Part shown: positions 14,901 to 27,420 of the stretch, one piece after another | Numbering within the stretch: the first letter of the stretch is position 1 | Layout of the letters: every line of letters begins with the position of its first letter | Assembly: GCA_036172245.1 (NCBI GenBank) | Contig: JAYWIR010000064.1 | Location: 310,001 to 374,000, forward strand | Source: Raillietiella orientalis | Taxonomy: Eukaryota | Direction of reading: 5' to 3' | Length of the DNA stretch: 64,000 bases | Made by a program: the position numbers and the translations under genes | The notes under the pieces: generated by a model | Told to the model about the DNA's origin: nothing | What the model saw: only the letters and a program-made list of their open reading frames with translations | The model's database searches: none

Positions 14901-16893
14901 AATGTTGCAAGAGATGCCCTAAGGAATGCATTTTTCGGGAAGGAGTAAATTACATTTCATTTTGTTTCGTTTGCAAAAAGCAAAATGGAATATAGTTAAC
15001 TGAATCCATAAAGGAGTCCTCGAACGGTATGCTAACCAAATTGTAAAATGAAAAAAAATATATTTCTATCATGTGAATAAAAAAGTACATTTTAAGCTTA
15101 TCTTTATAGAAGACTTCATCATATTAATCTAAAGTAAATGCATCATCACGCTTGTTCGGAATAATTTTGCAGCCCACATTTTGGGGGGGCTCAATAGATC
15201 CCAAAACCACAGTTTCGGCTTTGTTTTCTTGTTTGAATTCTTTGATACTCTATTGAAATAAGCATAACACTTTTCCAAAATATCTCACTACTTGTTAGCC
15301 AATGAAATGCAAGAAATCCGAGACAAGATGAATACATAGATGGTAAGCATGCCTATGTTTCACAAAGAATTGCGTTTCATGATTACGTAAAGTGACGTTG
15401 AAGAGCTTGGTTCGATTAAATGACTCGACGGTAAACGAGTAGTACCAGCACAAACTGAATTGCAACTTTGAAGAAGCTTTAAAGAAGCTTCACGTAGAAG
15501 TGCACCTTTTTCAAACGTCAACATATTTTGTATCATTCTTCAATAAAAATATTTCTAACCCATCATTTTCTATACTTCATACTTAACATTACACGTCAGA
15601 ACTATTAATCACAATCATTATTTCCCCTTTCATTTCATCTTTAGCAGTTCTTAGAAGGTTGATTTTCTTTTGCATTTCCTTCAATCCTTACACATCTTCT
15701 GTAGTAAAACTGCAAAGGAAATGCCAAAGCTTACATGTTGCCATATTTCAAATGATTATCCATATAAATGGAATCTAACATTCCCTAAGAAATGAGGAGA
15801 AAAATATTTAAATCCATATTGGAAATGGGCAAGTTCCTTTACTGCTCTACAACCTTAAAGACCTATGCTTTAAAATGAAACTGAAAAAAAAAGAAACAAT
15901 GCACAACACCAAAGCAAAAACTGCAACAGATTAAAGGAAACAGTCTTAAAGATATTTAAAAAATCCAAGTGTATTTCAAGAAGCAACAGCTATGTTTCGA
16001 GCAAAAGAGAATCCAAGATAAAGCCTCTGCTTCACAACAGTTCTGAATAATTTGTGATATATGACTATGATGTTGTACACTAATATAATGGCGAGATCAC
16101 AATGAAACAATGAGCAATGTGAGTATTCTGAATATCACAAAAAAGATAGAAATTATTTCTATCAAAACAGTCCTCAGGAGTCCATAAGCATAGCCTTATC
16201 GCAAATTTCATAACCAAAGGCACTCAAAGTCCGAAGATTTTTGCCAATCTTTCTTAATTATGGATTCACAATATATTACCCACTTCTTATGTTACGGAAG
16301 GAATGTCCTAGGTGAAAACAATACAAGACATGACACATTAGAAGCAGGTGATAAATAACAAAATTGCTAACGACAAAATCGTACCTGCTATGCGAATAAA
16401 AATCCGAAAATTCAAATAAAAGTTCGCAAATCCAAAAGCCTGAACTCTAAAATTTGGAATTTGCCAGGGAGGAAGATGTCTTTTTTGTTTTGCCACTTGC
16501 AGTTAAAATAAACCAATGTTTAAAATAAGAATGTTTAAATTAGAATAAACGTGAATAAACGTCAAGGAAAGCAAATATAAAAACGATAGAAACAAAAAAT
16601 GGCACAAGGGTGATAATTTGAGGTAAATTGACTTTGGGGAGGAGAGAGAAGACACTGCTTAGGGACAAAGCAACCCAATTAGCAAACAAGTATTGGGAGA
16701 AAAAAGATGATCTAACAGTCAAATCTACGAACTGAACACAATATTAAAATCTCGAATGCAAGATAACTGAAATACACAAGCCACATATGATAAGAGTACA
16801 AATATCCACAATTAAGAAAAATGGCTCAGCAGCGATTGAATAGCAAAAACTGTTTTTAATTTAGAGGTCTAACAGGATGCCAGCAATCTCCCT

Positions 16894-16947
16894 CTAGTGA
16901 ATCTCCAATTGCTCTTGAGGGGGCCAGAGAAATTGGAGAGCCACTAG
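16894..16947. repeat. Imperfect 22-bp hairpin
   Basis: CTAGTGAATCTCCAATTGCTCT ... AGAGAAATTGGAGAGCCACTAG, 19/22 pairing. Confidence 0.7.
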
Positions 16948-18698
16948 TGCAAGGATACAACACTTAGTTTTAAACACATTTTCAATTAATGATATACAAT
17001 TCAATCATTAACTTTGCACATTACTTTCTGATGATTCCCAAGAACTTGTTTAGATAGAATATCAACATAAAACTACATATTGAACCTCAAAGAAAAGAAA
17101 GAAGGAAGGCTGAAAGTTGCTTTTGGAAAACTCAGATGATAGCAACATTTAGGGGAGCACACACATATCTGCAGTAGAAAAAAAGTATGCTGAGACTTAA
17201 TTTTCACTGATACAAACAAGGTCTACAATAATAAATCTTCATTCCTCCTTTGGCAAATCAATCATTGTCCATTAGCAAATACATGCCAGATTCTGCATAC
17301 ACAAATCAAGTTTACTTCAAACTAATAACCTTGCTGTAACTAGCTACACCTCTCAACAGTTACATTGTGAGACACACATTGCCATCAAACAGATGCAGAT
17401 GTAGGAATAGTGGTTGTGCATTTTGTTTTAGGAAGAACCATTATCTTAATCAAATGAAGGAAATAAACCTATTAATTGGACAAACTAATCAACTCATGGT
17501 ATATCAAAGATCAAAACAAGAATACTCTTTATTTAGAGAATACTGACATATTGGAAAAAAAATCTGATGAAAGCACTAATTCTGCACAGATTTCATTTTT
17601 GGCACTACTTTTATTACACACATGGTAAGCCCCAATATTTTCTCGAGTGAAAGTTTTGAAAATCCTTACTGTCACCTATTATAATACATATATATTTATT
17701 AATTACAGATTAATTCATTTAGCAATGATCATTCATACTATTATTATTGGACTTAACCAAACACATTACAAATTGTGATATACGCAAATGCATATTTGCA
17801 TGGAATGACTATATTTTATGAAAACATTCACATGTTAACAATAATTTCTGAATTCTTCTTTTAATGCAATAAAAAAACAAATCAAAAACTAGTCAGATTT
17901 CATTGAAAAACCACACACAAACAAACTTTTAATAAGAACTATTCTGAATCCTCCCTAATTTCTCCCTGGATAGCAAGGATATTATGAAATTATAAATCTG
18001 AATGTTTTAAAAATCATTAGAACGAATATAAGATATGCAATATATCAAAATAAATACATTACTCAATAGCAATAAAAACAGAGGTAACTAATGGGAACTT
18101 GGAGCCACATTAGTTCCCTTTTTCATTCTTGAATAAAGTTTTGGAAAATCATACAATCAAAGAATACCGTAATTTTATAATACTGCAGTTGATTCCAAAC
18201 AATTTGCTTTAAAATGTGGTGACTGGTTATCCAAGACAAATCAACAATCCACTGGATTCTTCTGTATAATCCAAAGGAAAACCAAATTTGGAAACAATAA
18301 ATAAGAAAAATCAACAATGTGCAAATGTATGTGTACATTCTGTTTTGGGGACCAGAGCATAATCTGGTGTAGTAGTAAGGCAGCACCAATAAGGAAAAAT
18401 AATACAGATTAACACTATTAATGGTGAGATTCACAAAATAGAATACCGAAAGATAAATACCAAGCAAATGAAATGATAAAAAAATCATTCCCTGTCTCTC
18501 TTGGAAGCTGTGTAAGCTGCTATCAAATGTTTTTATAAACATCGTAGTTTATAAAAATGCTAATATTTAAACATTACTCTCCAGTCATATCAGATAATTT
18601 TACCATCAATGGGTTAAATCTCTAAATAAAAGTATTCAATGAGATAAAATGAAAATTCAAAAAAATTAAAATTTCATACAGTTCTCAGAAATACTCAC

Positions 18699-19361
18699 AA
18701 TGCTTTCCTGAGAATCTTTGATATTGTTTTTTACAAGTTCCTGCATTTTCGCATTATTAGAATTTTCATATGCTATTTCAAATTGCTCACTATGTTTGTT
18801 TGTTGAACTGTCCGAATGTAAAAAATTGATGGAACCAAAAGGATTGTCAGCATCATTACTTCTAAAAAACTTTGCTTTCCTTTTATGACAATTTTCTGAA
18901 GTGTTTCTTTCACCTTTCTTTTTCAGAATATCTGATTTCACAACAGCTTCCTGTGAAAAAGTTTTACTGAAGCTTAGTGAATGGGCATCTTCTCGTGATT
19001 GTTTATTTTCAACAGTAAGTCCTTTGATTTTCAATGTTACAGCAACTTTCAAGAGATTTTCTAAATTTTCCTGTGACACATTAACTTCACCATAATACAT
19101 AAACTTAACTAATGTGAGCATGTCTAAATGTGAAATACCATTTAACACAATTATAGGATGCTGGCATGGATTGTCAAGTAATAGATCTTCAAAATAGGGG
19201 CTACAAGCTGATAGTATTAACTTATGACACTTAATTTTCTTTCCTTCACATGATAATGTACAATCTACAAAGGCTTCCTTAGTGTACAATTTTGTAAAAA
19301 CTAGACTTAGGTTTGAATGGTAATTATTCCACTTTAGGCATAGATATTGCAAATAATCCAT
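18699..19361 (-). CDS. Tramtrack/bric-a-brac/broad-class BTB-domain protein, first coding exon
   Basis: QYLCLKWNNYHSNL...FVDCTLSCEGKKIKCHKLILSACSPYFEDLL..NPCQHPIIVL...LVKFMYYGEVNVSQENL..LLKVAVTLKIKGL is a typical Ttk-type BTB. A GTGAGT donor follows codon 221 (phase 0, 18698). Downstream exons are unresolved. Confidence 0.93.
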
Positions 19362-20409
19362 GCTTTACAATATAGTGTTGAAATCTCTCAAGTCACGTCT
19401 TCGAGTCGCTTATTTGTACCTGAAATTGTGCATCACGCTTATTTTCTTCAGATTTTCAAGTTTGCCTGAACAAGAAACACAATATAATAAAACTCATTAC
19501 TCCATGCACTCAAATAATGATTTTATTTACCTTTCTGATAAGTATTCTAAAACAAAGCAACGACCTTTTCAAAGTTACTTAAGTTTTTTGGTAACTGATT
19601 CGCTACATCGAAGAATAAAATTACGAACTCATTCAATTCATTGCAAGAAATTCTATGCATGCGTGTTAATTGTATTTACAAATATTTAAATCAATGTAAA
19701 TTAATGCGTCCTATACGTAAACCTTTGCTTTATATTTTATGAACTCATTAAACTTCCCAATAAATACACATAAATGGTTTCCATTACCAATATCATACAG
19801 AAATCTTCATATTTTCCTACTGGTAAAAAATGGTAAAACCTAATTACAGGTATATTATAACAATATGAATTTAATACGGGTCAGATTTGAAAAATATACA
19901 ACTTTTCAAACGTCTTTGGTAGTTTTGACTTGCCAAAACAAAAACAGTCACATTAAGGTTACATTGGACCTCGTTGAACAGCGATTAGAACAATGTCAGC
20001 ATATTGTGTTTTTTATTTACAATCTCACCAGCATAGCAATGGTGAAGGAAAAATGTTAGCATCTTCGCATGTCCCATTTCCTGAATGCAAGGTTTCTATA
20101 ATAAATTAATCCTAAATGTGTAAACAAACTCAAGTTTCAATCAAAAAGCATGAAATTTACCAGAAATTAGTAAAAAAAAAAAAAAATAATTTTCATTTTT
20201 TTTTTCTTGCAAAATCTAATATTTCTGTAGCAATTTATCATACACATGTAAATAAATACTATCTCCTATTGAAATTCATATTTATTATCTAAATAAAACT
20301 AATATGTACAGTTGACCAAACAAGGTGCACACCGATAAATATTCCAAGCATTGTGGAACAGAGAGAGAGAACTAGAGAGCATATATACTCTTTGCTTTCG
20401 ATCTTTCTG

Positions 20410-23081
20410 AGTCTTTATTCAAAGTTATTCAGGTTGTGAAAGATATACATTATTTACGAGTGCAGCCTTTTTTAATTCAAATGAAAAGCAATGTTTCCTC
20501 GGTAAGCTGGACCTTTTACTCCTGAATTAACCCACAGAAACACAAGACGATTGTACTCGCTAAAGCTTCTATCCTTCTATCCTTCCTGAGATTGGAGTGT
20601 GGCTACTTCCGCTCCCTTCCTGCGGTTGTCGAGCACCAAAATGGGATCAGTCAGCAAGGAGCAGGAGGACGGCATTTGTTCTTTTCCTTAAGAGCAGGGA
20701 TTTCGCTTCCACCTGAGACAGTACCGTCCAGCCCAGTAGTGATCCTGCTGTGCAGCCAGCCACCTCCGAGATGGATCCAAGTGTTCCGTGATGAGTCATC
20801 CACCTCACTCGCAAATCCTGCCCTCTAGGAGACTGCTTTGCATTTGACTGTGATCAACCAAGATTGTACCCAGGTCCGACAAGCGGTGGGGTGAATTTAT
20901 CAAAACAAGCTTTTAATCAACTACAATTGGAGAATAACTACAATCCTGTTCAAACTAACTCAAACATCTCCTCTTCAGAGATGAGTGAGGGATGGATTCA
21001 TTTGTCTGGACGTAATCGTCAATCCTCTTCAGGGTGTAACAATACGCCCAGGCGGAGATCCTTCCACAGTTCCTAATTCCTATCTCCTTTCGAATGAGTC
21101 CTTTTAGTATTTTCAGAGCCCCTATGCCTCTTCTCGTGTTTTGCATCTTCGCCCTACTTATCACAATTGCTGTGATGAAGAGGGCAAGTGTGGTTCGAAC
21201 CATCGGGTTGTACAGGGGAACGCTTCCGCTCCCCTGAAACAAGCCCGTCGTAATTTCCATCTTCTTTCTTCTCTGCAGACCGGTGACCGCCTTCACCGCC
21301 TGCCAATCAGGTCGGAGCGTGGGGTAAGTGAACACGGGGCACTGCGTTTCTTCCGCTTCCCGCGCCTTGCAGAGTCCGTCTTGAATATTCGCGGTCCAGT
21401 GTTAAAGTCTGGAAGCACACAGGATCCCTTCGTGATGGAACAACAGGAATTCGTCCAGGATGTCCGGAGGGAGGTCACTACTCAGAGTGCAGCCCCGACC
21501 GCCTGCACGTTTGCGTGTTCAAGTCCGTAGCAGCTAGAAGATGCATCGAGGTCGTGGTTGTCTTGATATTCCCTTAGTTTCTTCTTTTCTATTGGCATTG
21601 GTCAACGGCAGCCATGCATGATGTGGTAGCTATTTCCAAAGCTTCCATGTTCGGTAACTAAATCTCCCTATAATCTCCATGCTGCTGCGAAACAGTCACT
21701 CTTGGTGGCGATTCCCACTAGTAGCTAACTGTTCGCAGTGTTCGACCATGACCCCTGATGTATCGAGATGGACGTCTCCCTTGGAACGGGGACAAAGTAG
21801 GGTATCACCAGGGTCAGTTTTTCTTCGCATATTTCTCCGCTCCTAGTCGCGATCTTGAATTGGTGAAGCCTCACCAGTGCCTGTTTCCTTTTCGAAGTGA
21901 GATGTCTGTTCGCCCACTCTCCAGTGGCGCCTATCAGGGCAGAGATCAGCCCTATCGAGTTGTTGAGGAACTTCGAGGAAGCTCTGTGCGCCGCGAAAGG
22001 CCTCTCGTCATATTTCTCTGTGAGCTGCAGAACTTGCCGCAAGTACAGGGTCTCCACGGAGTGTTCTAATAGCTTCATTCAGGTCCCATCTTCCTCTTGA
22101 AGGCAGCACAAAATTTTGCGCCTGACCTTCGGCTTGAATTCTCTATACAAGACCTTCCTTTGTAATTTTTCGATTTCCGTCCGGGTCTTGTCGATTCTGC
22201 TGAAGGTGGCTCCATAGAGCACCTTAGGAAGTAGAACACCATTCCACAATGTGGCCCTCTGCTTCATGTTGAAGTCGCCCCAGGTGTACTTAGTCGCCTT
22301 TTCTTGGATTTTCCCCAGGATTTCCTTCCACAACTTTTGCAATGCGGAAGTGTTGCCAAGGTGGATGCCCAGGTACTTCACGTCTTCCCCTACTCAGAAT
22401 CCTTCCTCCGTTAGAATGGACAGGTCCAGGATTCCTATGGGTAACAGGAGGCTTTCCTGGGCATTGATTTTGAATCCCGAACCTCCCTTTATGGACTCGA
22501 CTACAGCAAGGAACAAACACTGATCCCTCTTTCCCTTCAGGAACAGGAGATCATCTGTGTACACCCGGTGAGTCAGCCTTTGGTTGTCGATGCAGATTCC
22601 TTGGAGGCGGCCGCTCTGTTCGAGGAGCGCCGACCCCGCCACCATGTACAACACGAACAGCATCGGGTTGAGGGCGTTGCCTTGGAGTACTCCTCTCTCC
22701 GTGCGAATTGCTGCCGTTTTCATACAGTTTGTCGAGATCTTGAATTCTTGTTTCTGGAGTATCCTCTCCACGTACTGGCAGAAGCAGCTTGGGAAGCCCA
22801 GTTTTCGCAAGGTTTTCAGGAGCCTCCCGTGGTCTACGGTGCCGAATGCTTTCTTCATATCTGTGAAACCCAGAACCAGGTTTTCGCCGCTGTATCGGCA
22901 GTACCCGATGGTGGCCTGGACACACTTCACATTCGCAGACATTCAGCGCCCGAGCACCGCGCACGTCGACGTCCAGAAAACGACCGATGGAATCATCTTG
23001 CTTAAGTGGTAGTCCCATATTTTCGCCAACCACTTGGTATCCGTATTCAGGATGAAGGTGGGTCGCCATTGGGTGGCTTTC
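20410..23081 (-). mobile_element. L1/Tx1-like non-LTR retrotransposon, 3' half (RT and C-terminal region), frameshifted
   Basis: QWRPTFILNTDTKWLAKI, DMKKAFGTVDH, RGVLQGNALNPMLF, YTDD, KYLGIHLG and a degenerate C-terminal Cys region near 21300-21380. The 3' boundary is approximate (minus-strand AATAAA near 20415). Confidence 0.88.
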
Positions 23082-24518
23082 TTACCTAGTCTCATCCACT
23101 CCGAGAGGCTAGGAACGCATCCAAAATCCGATTGGAAATATCTGGATATCAAGATAAGTCAAGGAATATCAAGATAGTCAAGGAAATAATCCACCTTCAT
23201 CCGACTGCCGCAAACGAATATATCTACGGTGGCAGGAAAAAAGGTTGTCTTGGGCTCATGAGGCTATCCGATGAAGCTGATACCTCCATCATGGATAGCT
23301 GTTTCAAGCTATTAACATCGCCGGACAAAATCGTGAGGAATCTCGCAGGAGAATCTTTGCGTGAGGTGATAGCAAAGAAAATATTTCAACTACCCACGGA
23401 AGAAGAAGCCGGTCAATTCCTTTCAGGGGAAAGCAAAGGGAAATTTGAAAGAAGCAGTGGAGACATCAAGAGCTTATGGACAACGGCCAGACAAGCTTCA
23501 AAACTCGCTAAGGTCACATGGGAGTTCGAAAATACTGAATCGAAAGTGAGAATTCATGGAGTGGTTGTGAGGAACCACAACCATAGTACGGTGAGGAAGA
23601 AATTTGCTACTAATGTCCGATCCATCCAACGAGAAAAGATGTGGCTTTCCTTAATGGAAAATCACCTTGACCAAGGACAAACCATGCACAGCGTTGGATT
23701 ACACAAGGATTTCAGCCACTTCCTTACTTCAGGTGACCACATTCGGTTCGCCGATTATCGCTTCATCCGTGCAGCAAGGTTAAACGTTCTACCAATAAGA
23801 GGAGCAGCAAGAAGATTACCAGCCGATCGCCTACGCCGAAGATGCAACTGTCAGGATGAGACATTACCACGCATATTAAACCACTGCGTAATGCATTTCC
23901 TGATGTACATCTCTCGACACAATGCAATCGTTCTGAAACTGCAAGCAGTCACTACAAAGATAGGGGGATGCAAGCTAGTATCAGTGGACCAAAGGATACC
24001 TGGAGTGGACTCCCTGTTGAGGCCGGATCTCGTCTTTGAGAGGTATGGAAAGTGGATCATAGTGGACATTACTTGCCCATTCGAAGGCAAGGAAAACGCG
24101 TTCACTGAAGCACGAAGAAAAAAGGAAGAAAAATATGAAAATCTAATCCATAGCATTACTGCCATCATGCAAGTTTTCATCGTGGGAGTCTTAGGATCGT
24201 GGAATCCCAAGAACGATGCTGTGCTGAGACTACTAGGAATTAAAGAAAACAACGGAAAAAGGAAAATTAAGAAAACTGTCTGTATACTGCTGTATCAGGG
24301 CAAGCAGGGACATCTACTGGAAACACCCAACGATTCAAGCGACCCTATCCGATACATAATGAAAGAGGGACAACCCAAAGACCAGTCCATTATCGACTAA
24401 ACAGCTCATCGATCAAATGGGAAAAGCCAGTCAGGCAGAGCCAGCCAGAATGATTCTGCACATGTAAAAAAAACTTAATTCAATAAACAAGAAGATATGC
24501 CGCCATTGGGTGACTTTC
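23064..24518. repeat. 18-bp target-site duplication flanking the RLE element
   Basis: CGCCATTGGGTGGCTTTC (23064-23081) and CGCCATTGGGTGACTTTC (24501-24518), 17/18 identical. Confidence 0.9.
23082..24500 (+). mobile_element. 5'-truncated RLE-type non-LTR retrotransposon (NeSL/Utopia-like), ORF 23132-24400
   Basis: YRFIRAARLNVLP, a degenerate CCHC (RRCNCQDETLPRILNHC), RHNAIV, LRPDLV, IVDITCPFE, ARRKKEEKYENL and VGVLGSWNPKND are restriction-like endonuclease motifs. A short 3' UTR carries AATAAA at 24482. Flanked by an 18-bp duplication. Confidence 0.92.
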
Positions 24519-27420
24519 GTTAGGTCTCCTCCCTTCGGCAGCAATCTCATTCCGCCTTCATGGAACGATGGAGGAGCCTTCCTTCTTTGGCGGCGAACGT
24601 CAGCTCGTGGAACAGACGCAGGTGAGCGTGCAGGTAGTGCTGGGAGTGCTTGATCGGAACACTAATACTGCCGCCACATTCTTGAGCAGTCCCGCGAACG
24701 CGCTTTTCAGAGATTTTCTCTTGAAGTCTTTGCTGTTGTTCCGTGCTCAGTTTCCTTTGCAAGTAAAGCAAAACGTCTTTGCAACTGTACCGTCGGGCAC
24801 AAATCTTGACGTCGGAAGTGCGAGGCGTAGTCTTGGTGGAAAGCCTCCGCGATTCCTTCGGAGCACATGTGCCAAACTTGGTCTCCGTACTGGATGCAGA
24901 AGACACCGGTTGTGATGTTCCTCTTCTCCAGCATGTCAACTTCTCCTTTCACGTTCATGAAGACGTACCGGCTCTCGTAATGTTGCCAGTAATTAGAGAA
25001 TGAGCAGTCTTGGATATTTGGCTCCCGGTAGGCTTCGAGCCTCATATTCCTGTCGCCGAACTGCAGGTTGCTGAACAGATGAATGATCCGCCTCATTGTG
25101 TCCCAGTCAGCAACTCTGCTGATGGTGGCGTCCCGAAGAATCGCTTCGATGAACTCCTGGTGACAGGGATGCATCTCGAACCAGGAAGGCATGCAGATGA
25201 GCGCAGACCTCGCGCCTGTCATCTTCCGAGGGTTTTCCATTCGTCGCGTAAACCATAGCAGGGGGTGGTCCGAGAGCAGAGATGGGACGTCTCGAAAACC
25301 TTGCACACGTTTCGCGATGTCCTGGCTGTTGGTCTATCGACTTGTGGCTCGCCGTGAGCCACAGCAGCCCGAACTCATCGGACAGCCTTGGACCATTCCT
25401 CTCTGGACAGCCTCGGACTGCGTGATGGTGCCCAACATGTTCAGGTCTCCCATGACGATTACGATGTCCTTTGCCGCGGTCTTGCATCGCAGCAGAGCCT
25501 GTACGGCTTCTGCGTAGCGGTAAATGTTTACCGCTACGCAGAAGCCGTACGCATTCACCAGAAACAGTTGCACACTTCCGGTCCAGGACACCGAACTCCG
25601 ACGATGCGGCCGGGTCACGGAGAGAAGGTCCCCAGAACAGTGTGAGCGATCTCTTTCTTCACGAGGATCACCACACCTTTGGTCTCCTTCTGGTCTGAGC
25701 TCAGGAACAGTCCAGTCGTCCTCGAGACTTCCAGCTGAACTTCCAGTCATCGCTCGGGCTCCAAGATGGCTTGGTGACCGAGTTCGTGGATTTCCTGTGC
25801 GCAGACGATGTGATCACGTTCAATGATCCGCGTGACCAGGCGTCGTTTTTCCTGGTTCCACAACCCCTTTACGTTTCAGGAGGCGATCTTGATGCTTCTG
25901 GCTGTCGACAGGAAGATGATCATTGGGGAGTAATTGGAGTACTTGCTCTTTCTCGTGCTTTTCTTTTGATTAGAAGACTGCGTTGGCCTCCTCTTCCCTG
26001 TTTTCTCTCCATCAACGTCGCTTTCGGACTCGACGTAGTCCGTACTGTCAGCGACTGGGTGCACAGTGCGTTAGCCGAGGTTGCGGGGGGAAACCCCGTA
26101 GATGCCGCGCTGCCGTAATTCTTCTTGATTTCGAGCAGTCTGTCCTCCAGAGCAAACCATTGCTCTTCGTTGAGGATGCGCTCGTTGATTGGGACCCGCC
26201 ACGCTGCAGACGTGCCCGAGGGCATCTCGTTGTTTCTCCATGCTGAAACCGGTTCTCACTTCTTGCTCGATCTTTCCTCTCAATTTGCGCAACTTGCGCC
26301 AACTCCTCGCTTGGCAGGGCAACTCCCGCTGGCTCCTCAGAGGCTCGTTGTAATTGTTGCCTCAGTCTTCTCTTCTCTTTCCTCCTCTTGACCTCGGTGA
26401 GCTCCGCTGCCGCTGCGGACGTCTCCTCGGTCAAAGGGGCCTTCTTCTCCTTTATTTTCTCTGTCGCCGGCGCCTCTGGAGTGGGCGGCAGTCCCTGGAC
26501 CTCCCTCCAGTTCGCATTCGTTAGCAGTCCTTAGCGTGTCCAGACATGCGGCAGAAGTAACCTAGCATCGACTGGTTACATGCTTTAAGCAAGTGGTCCT
26601 GCTGGCCGCACCGGTAACACCGTGCCCTTGGGCAACTCCCTGCACGCTGCCCGAATACCTTGCATCCTACTCAGAAGACGGACTGCTGTCTGTATTTGAT
26701 GAGGACATCATGGGAGTCGGCGACCGATGTTGACCACTTCTGGAATCTTTGCTTTTTCTTATATCTTGATCCGCGCGATATCCTTCCCGAAGAAAACCTT
26801 GCCCATGTGGTTTTGGGACTCCTCATGGGTTATTTCACCGTATTGAGACAGGAAGTCCCAGATTGCTTCCCACGGGGTGTGGATGCTAATCATTCGTTGT
26901 GCTGGTCGAGCTTTCGTCGATGCCACGCATCAGGAGTTCATTGATGTTCAGTCCTTGTTCGATAAGCGCGTCGATAAGCGGCTAGCACGATATTTGGATC
27001 GTGGAGCCCGTCGCGCAAGGAATGATGGCCTGTATAACGTCAAAATCGACGTTCTTACGGTGCAACTCGATATAAATATCTTTGACGTTTGCGATTCTTA
27101 GGGTCCAGTCCTAAAAATAACCGCCTTGACCTCTGGCCCTACCGCAGCCATCGGCGCGTCCTCTCGTTTTATCACGAGAACTTCCGGCTTTACCAGGGCC
27201 CTTCTTTTTGCTTGGAACACGTCTGGAAAATAATCTCCAGACACAGCCGCCACATGGAACGTCTTAGTAGATGCCACCACGGTCGCGCATTTCCCCGGGC
27301 AGGGTGAGTCTACTAGAGAAAGGTCATCCACACTTGGAGCTGTCCAGGCTTCTGGGGTAGGAGGGTAGTGTTCATGGGGGAAGAGGAACGTTCACCCAAG
27401 AAAGGCGGTGTCATTTTTTG
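24501..27420 (-). mobile_element. L1/Tx1-like non-LTR retrotransposon, 5' half (ORF1 gag-like, APE endonuclease, start of RT)
   Basis: Zinc knuckle CYRCGQQDHLLKAC at about 26575-26620. APE motifs KIAS.NVKG, VCAQE, LVNAYG, VMGDLN and LSDH. RLLPKGGDLTKVTQWR at the junction continues into WRPTFILNTD across the insertion. Confidence 0.88.
25501..25550. repeat. Perfect 24-bp inverted repeat with 2-nt loop inside the LINE endonuclease
   Basis: GTACGGCTTCTGCGTAGCGGTAAA-TG-TTTACCGCTACGCAGAAGCCGTAC. Confidence 0.95.

Noticed and set aside
18123..18542. 139-aa hydrophobic ORF downstream of the BTB exon
   Set aside because: F/L/I/Y-rich composition typical of AT-rich non-coding frames, with no motif. 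Probably intron or UTR.
23082..24520. U2 snRNA or rDNA target around the RLE element
   Set aside because: No U2 or 28S sequence is visible. The flanks are LINE RT sequence.
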